Shown here one piece after another: positions 1 through 8,171 of a DNA stretch of 32,000 nt. Below the pieces are notes generated by a model. It was not told where the DNA came from, made no database searches, and saw only the letters and a list, made by a program, of their open reading frames with translations. The stretch lies in the NCBI RefSeq assembly GCF_000146505.1, contig NC_017448.1, positions 2,520,001 to 2,552,000 on the forward strand. Direction: 5' to 3'. Both the position numbers and the translations under genes were made by a program. This DNA is from Fibrobacter succinogenes subsp. succinogenes S85 (GTDB lineage: Bacteria; Fibrobacterota; Fibrobacteria; Fibrobacterales; Fibrobacteraceae). How positions within the stretch are numbered: position 1 is the stretch's first letter; every line of letters starts with the position of its first letter.

Positions 1-1116
1 TTGCTTGGCCGTAGCATCTTTAACCTTTCGGGCGGCGAAAAACAGAAAATTGCGTGCGCATCTGTTTCGGCAACGGGCCCTGAAATTTTTGTGCTGGATG
101 AACCTTCTGCGAATCTGGATCTCAAGACGATTGCGGATTTGAAGGAAATTGTTTCGCGATGGAAAAAGGCGGGGAAGACGGTCGTTATCGTGGAGCATCG
201 CCTTTACTATTTGCGTGATGTCGCCGATAGAATTTGCTATGTGAAGGATGGGCAAATTGCAGAAGAGTGGATGCCTGCGGAACTCGAAGCGAAAGGCCCG
301 GAATATGCGGCAAGCCTCGGACTCCGATGCATGAATCTGGAAATGTTGAATTCAGTCTGTCATCCTGGAGCCGAAGGCGATAGGATCCATTATCTCTCGT
401 GTTCACAATTGCGACGGGATTACCAGCCTTGTGACGTCATTGCGAGCGAAGCGAAGCAATCCATAGCGAAATCCATTGTCTTTACGAACCTGACATTTGC
501 GTATCACAAAAAGCATCCAATTCTCGATATTGACCGTCTTGAACTCCCATGTGGACAAATTACGGCACTGGTTGGCCATAATGGTGCGGGCAAATCGACG
601 CTTGCCCAAGTGCTGTGCGGCTTGCAGGGGAGCTGGCATCAAAAGCGTGCAGCACGCAAACGCGGCGCATACCTAATTATGCAAGACGTGAACCACCAGC
701 TTTTCACTGAAAGCGTTCTGGACGAAGTCCTGCTCGGCATGAAACCGCAAAATGAGAACTTGGCGCTTGAAATTCTTGAAGGGCTCAATCTCAAGCAATA
801 TGCGGACAATCATCCGATGACACTTTCGGGCGGGCAAAAACAGCGTGTCGCTGTAGCGAGCGGAATTTCAAGCGGCTGCGAAATTGTTGTTTTCGATGAA
901 CCGACAAGTGGCCTTGATTATAGGCAAATGCTTGCTGTTTCTGCAACGCTTAAAAAACTTGCTGCAAACGGAAAAACTTTGCTCGTAATTACCCATGACC
1001 CTGAATTTATTTTGAATAGTTGTCAATCTGTGATTCGCATGGAACGCGGGAAAATCGTGGAACAGTATCCGCTGTTAGGGAATGAAAAACAGCTTGTCAA
1101 GGCGATGGTGGAATGA
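1..1116 (+). CDS. ABC transporter ATP-binding protein with two fused ATPase cassettes (ECF/cobalt-type), 5' partial
   Basis: The ORF is open from the window edge. It shows the tail of cassette 1 (signature LSGGEKQK, Walker B VLDEPSANLD). Cassette 2 follows, with Walker A GHNGAGKST, signature LSGGQKQR and Walker B VFDEPTSGLD. Confidence 0.85.
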   Translation: MLGRSIFNLSGGEKQKIACASVSATGPEIFVLDEPSANLDLKTIADLKEIVSRWKKAGKTVVIVEHRLYYLRDVADRICYVKDGQIAEEWMPAELEAKGPEYAASLGLRCMNLEMLNSVCHPGAEGDRIHYLSCSQLRRDYQPCDVIASEAKQSIAKSIVFTNLTFAYHKKHPILDIDRLELPCGQITALVGHNGAGKSTLAQVLCGLQGSWHQKRAARKRGAYLIMQDVNHQLFTESVLDEVLLGMKPQNENLALEILEGLNLKQYADNHPMTLSGGQKQRVAVASGISSGCEIVVFDEPTSGLDYRQMLAVSATLKKLAANGKTLLVITHDPEFILNSCQSVIRMERGKIVEQYPLLGNEKQLVKAMVE

Positions 1117-1120
1117 GAAA

Positions 1121-1144
1121 CGGATGCCGAGTTTTCGACATCCG
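1121..1144. terminator. Hairpin between convergent genes (weak bidirectional terminator candidate)
   Basis: CGGATGcCGA-gttt-tCGacATCCG lies between the ABC gene stop (1116) and the GH26 stop (1199). The flanking T/A tracts are short. Confidence 0.3.
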
Positions 1145-1198
1145 ATTTAGCGTGAATGCGTAATGTTCTTTTATCGCGCCGCCCTACACCCAATATTT

Positions 1199-2854
1199 TT
1201 ATTTCTTGAAATACACCGTATTCACAATGTGTCCTTGAATCTTTCTACGTACAACATAGTGCCCTTGCGGAAGTTCTCGTATGCTGATGCCCAAATAATG
1301 ACCGTTCATGTCAAAAATCCCAACGGTGGTTGCGGTCCCGGCCGTGCGTGGCATGGTTACGATACTGGTGGTACTTGTGTCAGGCTTGATAATTGCTGTG
1401 TACTTGTCCCAGCCAGGCATGTCTTCGAGGGTGATAATGCGTTCGTCATTCATGTTGCTCTTCCAAACGCCATCTTTTGTTTGGCCGGGCCAAGTTCCGC
1501 TCCAGGTGCTGTACCACGGCATCCACCAACTCCATACTGCTTCGTCGGTATGCATGTTGTTCACATCGGGAATGGGACCGTTTTCGCTGAGTGCGATAAT
1601 TTTCGTGCTTTTCGATGCGTTTTTGAATTTGTCAAAGGCGCTTGCGTTACTGGAATGGTCGTTTGCGCTATTGTAGATGTCGATGGAGAGTACATCGTAG
1701 TATTCGCTACCCGGATCCCAAGAGTTTACGGTACTTCCTTCAGGGTTATAGACCCAAATCATGTTTCTTACACCCTTGATTTTGACCATGCGGTCATAGA
1801 CGAGGCGATAGAGGGCTGCAAACTGTTCTCCGGAATTGATACTCCACCAGAACCACTTTCCGCCAGCTTCATGCAAGGGGCGAAAGATTCCCGCTACACC
1901 TTCTTTCTGCAATTCAAGGAAGTAATCGGCGATGTGGTCAATGTCGGCTACGATTCCTTTGTAAGCAGCACTTTCGGTATTCCATTCGGTGGTGCCTGGC
2001 TTGAAACCTGTAGAGAAATCGAAATCGGTGTATTCGTCTCCGTTTGCTGCACTTTGGATGTAGAATGCGTCTTTTTTGTCTAGCGGATCTTTCCAGTGCC
2101 AAGTGAATGCAGGGATGCCGCCCGCTTTCCAGAGGCCTTTCGCGATTGAAATAGCTTTGTCCGTGTATTCCTTGTTCCAGCTTTCGTTTGCTTTCGGACC
2201 GCTTGCAAACAAGAAATCTAAACCGACAAGAGCCGGGTACTTTCCTGTGCGCGTGTAGGTGTATTTCACGTCGTCGTGCGTCTTGAAGTCGGCTCCCATG
2301 GTGTAACCGCTCATATCGCCGGTCATCATGCCGCTAATCGTCTTTTTGCCAAAGTTTTCACGCAAAAAGCTGTAGAGCTTGACGGCGCTTTCGGTGGCGT
2401 TCGGGGTAACTGGCATTGCTGATATTTTGAAAGGGGAGGATTGATAAGGTTCGACATCGATATAGTCCACGCTAATCCAGCCCCAGTATTTCTCAATAGA
2501 GATTGTGTTTGTCCCGGCTTTAAGTGTAGCGACTGTCGTGACATCCGCCCACGAAGTGGTGGCGTTAAAGTCGATGGTGCCTGCGGTTGCGCCGTTTACT
2601 TTCAAATAGTTCGCTTTGAAATCTCCGGCCTTGTAATGGATGGTTACTTGGTACTTGCCCGCACTCTCTGCGGTGACACCATTAAAAGAAATATTTCCTT
2701 CTTGCAAGTCGGCATAACCCGTTCCCGAAACTCCAGATGCGTTGACATTTTTTGCTCCTCCGGAAAGAGTCGCTGCTTCAGCTTCGTACTTAGTTGCAAA
2801 TGCCATACTCGAAAGAGCAAGAATCAAAATAAGGAAGTTTTTTCTTTTAATCAT
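1199..2854 (-). CDS. Secreted beta-mannanase: signal peptide + CBM35/CBM6-like module + GH26 catalytic domain + T9SS-like C-terminal tail
   Basis: Signal peptide MIKRKNFLILILALSSMAFA. CBM-type YEAEAATLSGGA...GYADL...WISVDYIDVEP. GH26 hallmark FRPLHEAGGKWFWW, plus MIWVYNP and ALSENG. The C-terminus VGIFDMNGHYLG...LPQGHYVVRRK...VYFKK resembles a Por/T9SS sorting domain. Confidence 0.85.
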   Translation of the reverse strand: MIKRKNFLILILALSSMAFATKYEAEAATLSGGAKNVNASGVSGTGYADLQEGNISFNGVTAESAGKYQVTIHYKAGDFKANYLKVNGATAGTIDFNATTSWADVTTVATLKAGTNTISIEKYWGWISVDYIDVEPYQSSPFKISAMPVTPNATESAVKLYSFLRENFGKKTISGMMTGDMSGYTMGADFKTHDDVKYTYTRTGKYPALVGLDFLFASGPKANESWNKEYTDKAISIAKGLWKAGGIPAFTWHWKDPLDKKDAFYIQSAANGDEYTDFDFSTGFKPGTTEWNTESAAYKGIVADIDHIADYFLELQKEGVAGIFRPLHEAGGKWFWWSINSGEQFAALYRLVYDRMVKIKGVRNMIWVYNPEGSTVNSWDPGSEYYDVLSIDIYNSANDHSSNASAFDKFKNASKSTKIIALSENGPIPDVNNMHTDEAVWSWWMPWYSTWSGTWPGQTKDGVWKSNMNDERIITLEDMPGWDKYTAIIKPDTSTTSIVTMPRTAGTATTVGIFDMNGHYLGISIRELPQGHYVVRRKIQGHIVNTVYFKK

Positions 2855-2921
2855 AAGGGTTCCTCCATTTTACGAAATTATATTCCCCAAGTATATTTAC
2901 CAATTGTTTTTTTTGAATGGT

Positions 2922-2939
2922 GTGGACAAAAATGTCCAC
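2922..2939. promoter_or_regulatory. Perfect 7-4-7 palindrome GTGGACA-aaaa-TGTCCAC in the divergent GH26 / TIGR02147 intergenic region (candidate operator)
   Basis: Read directly from the sequence. It sits between the two divergent start codons (2854 and 3021). Confidence 0.35.
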
Positions 2940-3020
2940 GAATTGTATATTTTTTTTACGAGACGCCAGGAAATGAAACGATTTTTCAAATAGGGTCATT
3001 TTATATCCGGCGAGAGCTTT

Positions 3021-3869
3021 ATGTTTGCAAAAAACAAAATCAACATCTACGACTATTCGGACTACCGCAAGTTCCTGCAAGAGTTCTATGAACTCGAAAA
3101 ATCGCTGGATTCCTCGTTCAGTTATCGAGTGTTTGCTGCGGCGGTTGGCATGGACGCAAGCCTGCTTTTGAAAATATTGCAGGGTAAACGCCACATTTCT
3201 CCGAAATGTATAGATGTTTTCGTTAAATTTTTCCGTTTCAAAGATGCCAAGGCAGAATACTTCCGTGAAATGATTGCTTACGGCAAGGCTAAAAACGACG
3301 AGGACGTTCGTCGACATTTCGAGACTCTTCAAAAAATGCGACCTGCAGCCAGCCGAGAACTCGATGAAGCCCGGTACCGCTATTTTCAGCAATGGTATTA
3401 TCCGATGATCCGCTCGGCGCTCGATGTATTCAATTATCGCGGTACACAAGATGCTGCCGCCCTTGGGGAATGCTGCATTCCAAAGCTTTCCGCTTCGCAA
3501 GTAGAAAACGCTGTCGATGCTTTGTTGCAGCTCGGACTTGCGCATGCCCGCAATGACGGTCGCGTGGTTCCGACCGAAGCTCATCTCAAGACTATGGAAC
3601 ACTGGCTGAGTGCCTGTATCAGCGATTACCAAAGCAGCATTGCGGAACTGGCCGGCAAATCCATCCAGAATACTCCCAAAGAAAAACGCGACATCAGCAC
3701 GCTCACGATGGCTCTTGATTCGCGACAAATTGATAAAATTCGTGAAATCCTCGCCAAAACGAGAAAAGCCATCGTAAACGTAGTCAATGCGATGCCTCCG
3801 CAAATTTGCGATAGCGTTTATCAGTTAAACTTTCAGTTGTTTCCGATGATGAAAAAGGAAGAACAATGA
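3021..3869 (+). CDS. TIGR02147-family protein (Fibrobacter paralogous family, putative HTH regulator)
   Basis: The N-terminus YDYSDYRKFLQEFYELEK...SYRVFAAAVGMDASLLLKILQGKRHIS matches my recollection of the TIGR02147 family. Its stop overlaps the next start (ATGA at 3866-3869). Confidence 0.7.
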   Translation: MFAKNKINIYDYSDYRKFLQEFYELEKSLDSSFSYRVFAAAVGMDASLLLKILQGKRHISPKCIDVFVKFFRFKDAKAEYFREMIAYGKAKNDEDVRRHFETLQKMRPAASRELDEARYRYFQQWYYPMIRSALDVFNYRGTQDAAALGECCIPKLSASQVENAVDALLQLGLAHARNDGRVVPTEAHLKTMEHWLSACISDYQSSIAELAGKSIQNTPKEKRDISTLTMALDSRQIDKIREILAKTRKAIVNVVNAMPPQICDSVYQLNFQLFPMMKKEEQ

Positions 3870-5029
3870 AAAAAGGTATGGAAACTTCGTTTTGTGTTTC
3901 GTTTTGCGCCTTGCTTTGCCTGTCGCTGTTTTTAGGTTGTTCAGAAAATAACACCGCAGGTGCCACAAGTGAAACGACAAATGGAATTGCCTTCAACGTC
4001 GTTGACAGTTTAAATAAGCCGTTCGCTTGCGCACAAATGAAGGTGTATTCAAAAGATGCCTTCTCGGTCATTGATAGCGCCCTTTCGGATTCAAGCGGAC
4101 GAGTTTCTTTCTACGATAGTCTCGGTGTCTGTGCAGGCGGAGATTGCTTTGTGGAGGCCCTTGCGGGTGAAGATTCCGCATTCATGAGTTGGTCGCCGGT
4201 CGATTTTGCAGATACCTCGGTTCAGAAAATTGCATTGTTGCCTTCGGCTTCGCTCATTGTACGTACTGGCGTTTCGACCCAAGAAATCGAAGGCCTGTTA
4301 GAAAATGTTCAACTGGAATCGACCCCCTATTTTGCAAACCGCTTCGGTAGCGAGTATGTGTTTGCGCATGTGCCAGCAGGGTCCTTTACTATTGTTGCTG
4401 GAGATTCGACCGTCGCAGAAGTGGCGCTTGCGCCAAACGAATCCGCAGATACGCTCGTTCCTGTTCCAGGAAAGTCTGTTGAGTATGTTTTCGAAGACTT
4501 TGACGATGGAGATAGTTTGAATAACCTCGCCAAAACTTATCCTAACTACGGATGGTATTTTAATGCTGTTGGCAAAGCGAATTTTGCAATACCTGATAGT
4601 GCTGAAAGTTTCTCATCCGTATTAAAAGAAGATAAAGATCATGGAAAGTATCTCGCTGTTAAATTCGCAATAGATACAGGCTTCGTTTTGCTCGGAACTC
4701 ATCTAGGACTTGATACAGGATTTTTCGACCTGAGCAATCTCACGGCGATTCGCCTTACGGTAAGAGGCGACTGTGAATTGAATATCGCTTTGGAACATTA
4801 CCGTGAAGTTGGAGAAAATACCTTTAAAAAATCGTTATGGAAGGCCAAAGCGGCTGAAAACTGGAATGAAATCATCTTGCACCCCGGTAGGGAAGTTCTT
4901 GAAGAAAGCTCCTATCAAGTGGAGTGGAAAGAGATTTCTCACGAAATCGGTCTGTTTAGCATTTTTATGAGAAGCGGAACTTATCTAGAAGTTGACAAAA
5001 TCGTGTTTGAAGGAATTGATTTCAAATAA
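3866..5029 (+). CDS. Lipoprotein of unknown function (possible N-terminal CarboxypepD_reg-like fold and C-terminal CBM11/CIA30-like module)
   Basis: Lipobox LSLFLGC followed by SENNTAGATSETT. It is translationally coupled to the TIGR02147 gene. The C-terminal YVFEDFDDGDSLNNL...IRLTVRGDCELNIALE pattern looks like a beta-sandwich binding module. Confidence 0.65.
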   Translation: MKKGMETSFCVSFCALLCLSLFLGCSENNTAGATSETTNGIAFNVVDSLNKPFACAQMKVYSKDAFSVIDSALSDSSGRVSFYDSLGVCAGGDCFVEALAGEDSAFMSWSPVDFADTSVQKIALLPSASLIVRTGVSTQEIEGLLENVQLESTPYFANRFGSEYVFAHVPAGSFTIVAGDSTVAEVALAPNESADTLVPVPGKSVEYVFEDFDDGDSLNNLAKTYPNYGWYFNAVGKANFAIPDSAESFSSVLKEDKDHGKYLAVKFAIDTGFVLLGTHLGLDTGFFDLSNLTAIRLTVRGDCELNIALEHYREVGENTFKKSLWKAKAAENWNEIILHPGREVLEESSYQVEWKEISHEIGLFSIFMRSGTYLEVDKIVFEGIDFK

Positions 5030-5073
5030 GCGATTATTGCGATTGGTTATACGATAGCGGCATCGGCATCAAA

Positions 5074-5105
5074 GCCCCCTCGTTTTTCCGAGGGAGCCTT
5101 TTTGA
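5074..5105. terminator. Bidirectional rho-independent terminator
   Basis: GCCCCCTCG-tttttc-CGAGGGAGC (8 of 9 bp) followed by CTTTTT. It lies between the convergent genes ending at 5029 (+) and 5118 (-). Confidence 0.6.
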
Positions 5106-5117
5106 CGACACGTCCGT

Positions 5118-5561
5118 TTATTTCAAGAAAACGGCGAGAAGTTTATGCGCCTCGTCGCCTTCGGCAAAACGGATTCCACCTACGTTATGGTACTCGAATC
5201 CCGAGAACTGCTGCAGGTGCAGTGCCGCAAATTCGCGGTCCTGCGAGTAGCAAAGATTCAGCCGGTAGTTTCCATTGTCGCTTGTTTTAGGCCGTCCCTC
5301 TCTTTGAATTGTTGCATCCAGAGATTCCAAAGACGCTTCGACAATCGTCTGGACTTTTTGCCCTTCCGTGGGGCTAAACTCCAGGCATATTCCCACAACG
5401 GGCGAATTCGTCTTGGTGTAGGTGACATTGGTCTTGAAACCGAAAAACTTCTTTTCGGTCTTGATATAGGGCTTATTGAAGAGGGCGTTAGCCATCTCCA
5501 TCTTGGAAATGTTTTCCATGTTCTTTCTCTTTTTTAAAATGAATGTTATCGCGAGCCCCAT
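5118..5561 (-). CDS. Hypothetical protein (no family recognised)
   Basis: Amino-acid composition is balanced, unlike the overlapping plus-strand shadow ORF. An alternative start is MENISK at 5519. Confidence 0.5.
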   Translation of the reverse strand: MGLAITFILKKRKNMENISKMEMANALFNKPYIKTEKKFFGFKTNVTYTKTNSPVVGICLEFSPTEGQKVQTIVEASLESLDATIQREGRPKTSDNGNYRLNLCYSQDREFAALHLQQFSGFEYHNVGGIRFAEGDEAHKLLAVFLK

Positions 5562-5610
5562 CAGGGCCGCGGCAATCTGTTACTGATTAAGTACTTGGAG
5601 AAAGAACTTG

Positions 5611-6036
5611 CTAACAGAGCATTCGCTCTAACGTGTAAACGTAATATTCTTTAGGTTTTTGATAAACTAGCGGTAAAGGGAAGCCGCAATGGATGCAAAT
5701 AGTTGACCGTGCGATTTTAGTCGCCAACGGTGTAGCCTGTTTGAACGTTGCCGAACTGCGCCCGCCATAGCCTTGAAGGCTACCGCTTCGCGATGTCCGC
5801 AATGAAACCTGCCGGCCCGACCTGCGCGTAAGCAGTGTTGCATCAGCTGTTGATTCGCGTGACTGGTATAACGGATTATCGGCAAAATCGTGAGCAGTGA
5901 AAACTTTCTCACTTTCTGCAACCTGACCAAGTTCAGCGCCGTAATCGTAAACAAAAGAACCCTCGACAATAGCAGAAAGAATCGCGAATAACGCGACTGC
6001 AATCATTGACAAAATATTTTGTTTAACGGGCTTCAT
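5611..6036 (-). CDS. Small hypothetical membrane-anchored protein, last gene of the DUF4405 operon
   Basis: N-terminal anchor MKPVKQNILSMIAVALFAILSAIV. The C-terminal half is R/S/T-rich and may not be genuine coding sequence. It follows DUF4405 by 2-20 nt. Confidence 0.3.
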   Translation of the reverse strand: MKPVKQNILSMIAVALFAILSAIVEGSFVYDYGAELGQVAESEKVFTAHDFADNPLYQSRESTADATLLTRRSGRQVSLRTSRSGSLQGYGGRSSATFKQATPLATKIARSTICIHCGFPLPLVYQKPKEYYVYTLERMLC

Positions 6037-6056
6037 TGTACTAATAATGTACAAAT

Positions 6057-6722
6057 CTACGCCTTCATGAGTTTCGCCACATAATGCACTGCAACGGCGA
6101 ACAGCACGACGATGGCGATATAGTCCGCGAAAAAGAGGGCGTAGCCGCGTTCCGCGTCAAAGAAGAAGAAGGGCTGTTGCAGGAACAAGTATTTCCAAAG
6201 CCCGCGAATGGCGAAGGCGTAAATTCCGTAACCCGCCACAAGAACGGCAACCACGCGAGTTGCGACAAGTGCCGCCTTTGACTTGAATGCTCCCGCAAGT
6301 CCCAAGCGGTTTGCAATCAGGCTTACATGTAGCCCGATGTGAAGCGACATGAACACGTAATACCAATGGCTTGCAAGCAGGTGCGCCGTGCGGGCAAAAC
6401 TTGCGCCCGATTCAATCCCGAGCCAGGCGAACACGTGGTTCGAAAGCATGATTCCGCTCACCATCAAGAAAAATGCGCACAAAAGGATCCCGCAATTCAC
6501 GACCGCCTGCAAAATGCGGAATACGTTGTAGCGGCCCTTGAACAGCGAAAGGAAAAAACGCCGGTTCAGCGTGATATGCACCGCCCACAGAACAAGCAGA
6601 ATCACGCCTAGAATCTCGTGAACAGCAGTCGATTCAAAGAAGTAATTGCCGCCCATCAGCACGAGCGTCGCGACCGTCATCGCGATATCAAGCATCATAC
6701 GGATTTTTGCGGAAATAGGCAT
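6057..6722 (-). CDS. DUF4405-type polytopic membrane protein (His-rich, cytochrome-b-like)
   Basis: About 5-6 hydrophobic helices carry conserved-looking His residues: HEILGVILLVLWAVHITLNRRFF and AHLLASHWYYVFMSLHIGLHV. Confidence 0.75.
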   Translation of the reverse strand: MPISAKIRMMLDIAMTVATLVLMGGNYFFESTAVHEILGVILLVLWAVHITLNRRFFLSLFKGRYNVFRILQAVVNCGILLCAFFLMVSGIMLSNHVFAWLGIESGASFARTAHLLASHWYYVFMSLHIGLHVSLIANRLGLAGAFKSKAALVATRVVAVLVAGYGIYAFAIRGLWKYLFLQQPFFFFDAERGYALFFADYIAIVVLFAVAVHYVAKLMKA

Positions 6723-6737
6723 ATCAATGAATATACA

Positions 6738-8171
6738 TTATTTCGTCTTCACGCCGTTTTTCTCGAGCCACTTGGCCACATCTTTCGAGAGGCTCGAACC
6801 GCCGGAGTAATGCACCGAAAGGCCTTCGCCGATTTTTGCGTTGGGCGCAAGTTTCGCAATCGCGGTGATGCTCTGGCCAAAGCGCCCGCCACCGTGGGAG
6901 CAGAACGGCAGAATCCGCTTGCCCGTAAAGTCGTAACTTTCGAGCAAAGTCGCAATAGGCATCGGGATACTCGCCCACCAGTTGGGGTAACCGATGATAA
7001 TCGTTTCGTAGTCGACCCACTTCTTTGCGTCGGGCTTTTTCTTGAGGGCAGGGCGCGCCTGTTTGTGCTGGTCGTTCTGCGCCTGCTTCAAGACGGTGTT
7101 GTAATCGTCGGAATAGGGCTTCACGAGTTCAAGTTCCACCATGTCGAAACCGGTCTGCTTCTTGATTTCGCGGGCGACACCGCGGGTATTCCCGCTCCAG
7201 GAATAGAAAACGATCAGCGCATGGGAACTGCCTTTAGGGTTCGACGCCGCTTGCGCCTTTTCGCCCTTAAAGCCCGCCGCTTCCTGGGTCACAAAAGTTC
7301 CCTTGACGCCTGCACCCGCATTCATGGCAAGCCTGAGCCCCACATTGTAACTCTTGCTGGATTGCTGCATGGCTCCGCGATAGGCACTGCGGAGGTTCTT
7401 GCCGAAATCGTTCCAGCCGCCACCGCGATGCACGCGCCTTGTGCCCGAAGGCTTGCCCGCCGGGTCAACCGTCACGCTTGTCGAGCCCGCAGAAACACCA
7501 TAATCGCCGTAAAAGTCAAAGCACCATTCGCCCACGTTCCCGTAAATGTCGTAAAGCCCGAAGGGATTGGGCTTGAACTTACCCACGGGAAGCGTGTTCC
7601 CGCGATAAACGCCGGGGCGTGTTTCCAGAACCTCGTCGTTGAAATAATTCTGCTCGATTTGATACGGATAATGCCCGTAAAAATTCACGTCGTCGGCACC
7701 GGGAGCCTTCTTTGTGTAGAAAGGCGTGGTCGTGCCGCCTCGGGCCGCGTATTCCCATTCCGCTTCGGTAGGGAGCCTGTAGCCGTTCGCCTCGCGGTTC
7801 CAACTGACCGCATCGCCATCGATTGCGTAAACAGGAGTGCGTCCGTCGCGTTCGCTTAACTTGTTGCAAAAATGCGCCGCTTCGAGCCACGTGATGTTTT
7901 CAACGGGCAAGTCGTCGCCCTTGAAACTGGAGGGATTTTCGCCTGTCACTTCGCGGTAAAGCTTTTGCGTCACCTCGTATTTGCCCAAGTAAAAATCGGA
8001 GACTTTCACCTTGTGCAGCGTCTCGTCGTTGACACGCCAGTCCTCGTTTGCGGGGCTTCCCATGTTGAAAGTCCCGCCCTTGATAAGCACGAAGCCGTCG
8101 GGCGCAGGTGCCGCCGCAAGCGACACCGCCGAGAACAACAAAATTGCACAAGATAAAAGTTTAGCGAGCAT
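6738..8171 (-). CDS. Exported fusion protein: FGE-sulfatase/SUMF1-like domain + C-terminal flavodoxin-like (Flavodoxin_4-type) domain
   Basis: Signal peptide MLAKLLSCAILLFSAVSLAAAP. FGE-family motifs RLPTEAEWEYAARGG, GNVGEWCFD and RGGGWN. After a linker comes ALIVFYSWSGNTRGVAREI...IIGYPNWWASIPMPI...FCSHGGG, paralogous to the flavodoxin at 21088..21648. Confidence 0.85.
   Translation of the reverse strand: MLAKLLSCAILLFSAVSLAAAPAPDGFVLIKGGTFNMGSPANEDWRVNDETLHKVKVSDFYLGKYEVTQKLYREVTGENPSSFKGDDLPVENITWLEAAHFCNKLSERDGRTPVYAIDGDAVSWNREANGYRLPTEAEWEYAARGGTTTPFYTKKAPGADDVNFYGHYPYQIEQNYFNDEVLETRPGVYRGNTLPVGKFKPNPFGLYDIYGNVGEWCFDFYGDYGVSAGSTSVTVDPAGKPSGTRRVHRGGGWNDFGKNLRSAYRGAMQQSSKSYNVGLRLAMNAGAGVKGTFVTQEAAGFKGEKAQAASNPKGSSHALIVFYSWSGNTRGVAREIKKQTGFDMVELELVKPYSDDYNTVLKQAQNDQHKQARPALKKKPDAKKWVDYETIIIGYPNWWASIPMPIATLLESYDFTGKRILPFCSHGGGRFGQSITAIAKLAPNAKIGEGLSVHYSGGSSLSKDVAKWLEKNGVKTK

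Noticed and set aside
1163-2083. 306-aa plus-strand ORF opposite the GH26 gene
   Set aside because: It is a shadow ORF. The minus-strand frame carries unambiguous GH26 and CBM motifs.
6618-7859. 413-aa plus-strand ORF
   Set aside because: It is an antisense shadow of the SUMF1-flavodoxin gene, R/A/H-rich with no motifs. The same reasoning applies to 8747..9379, 15687..16352, 18012..18539, 18607..19398, 21145..21612, 21865..22851, 24336..24899, 27225..28340 and 29892..31097.
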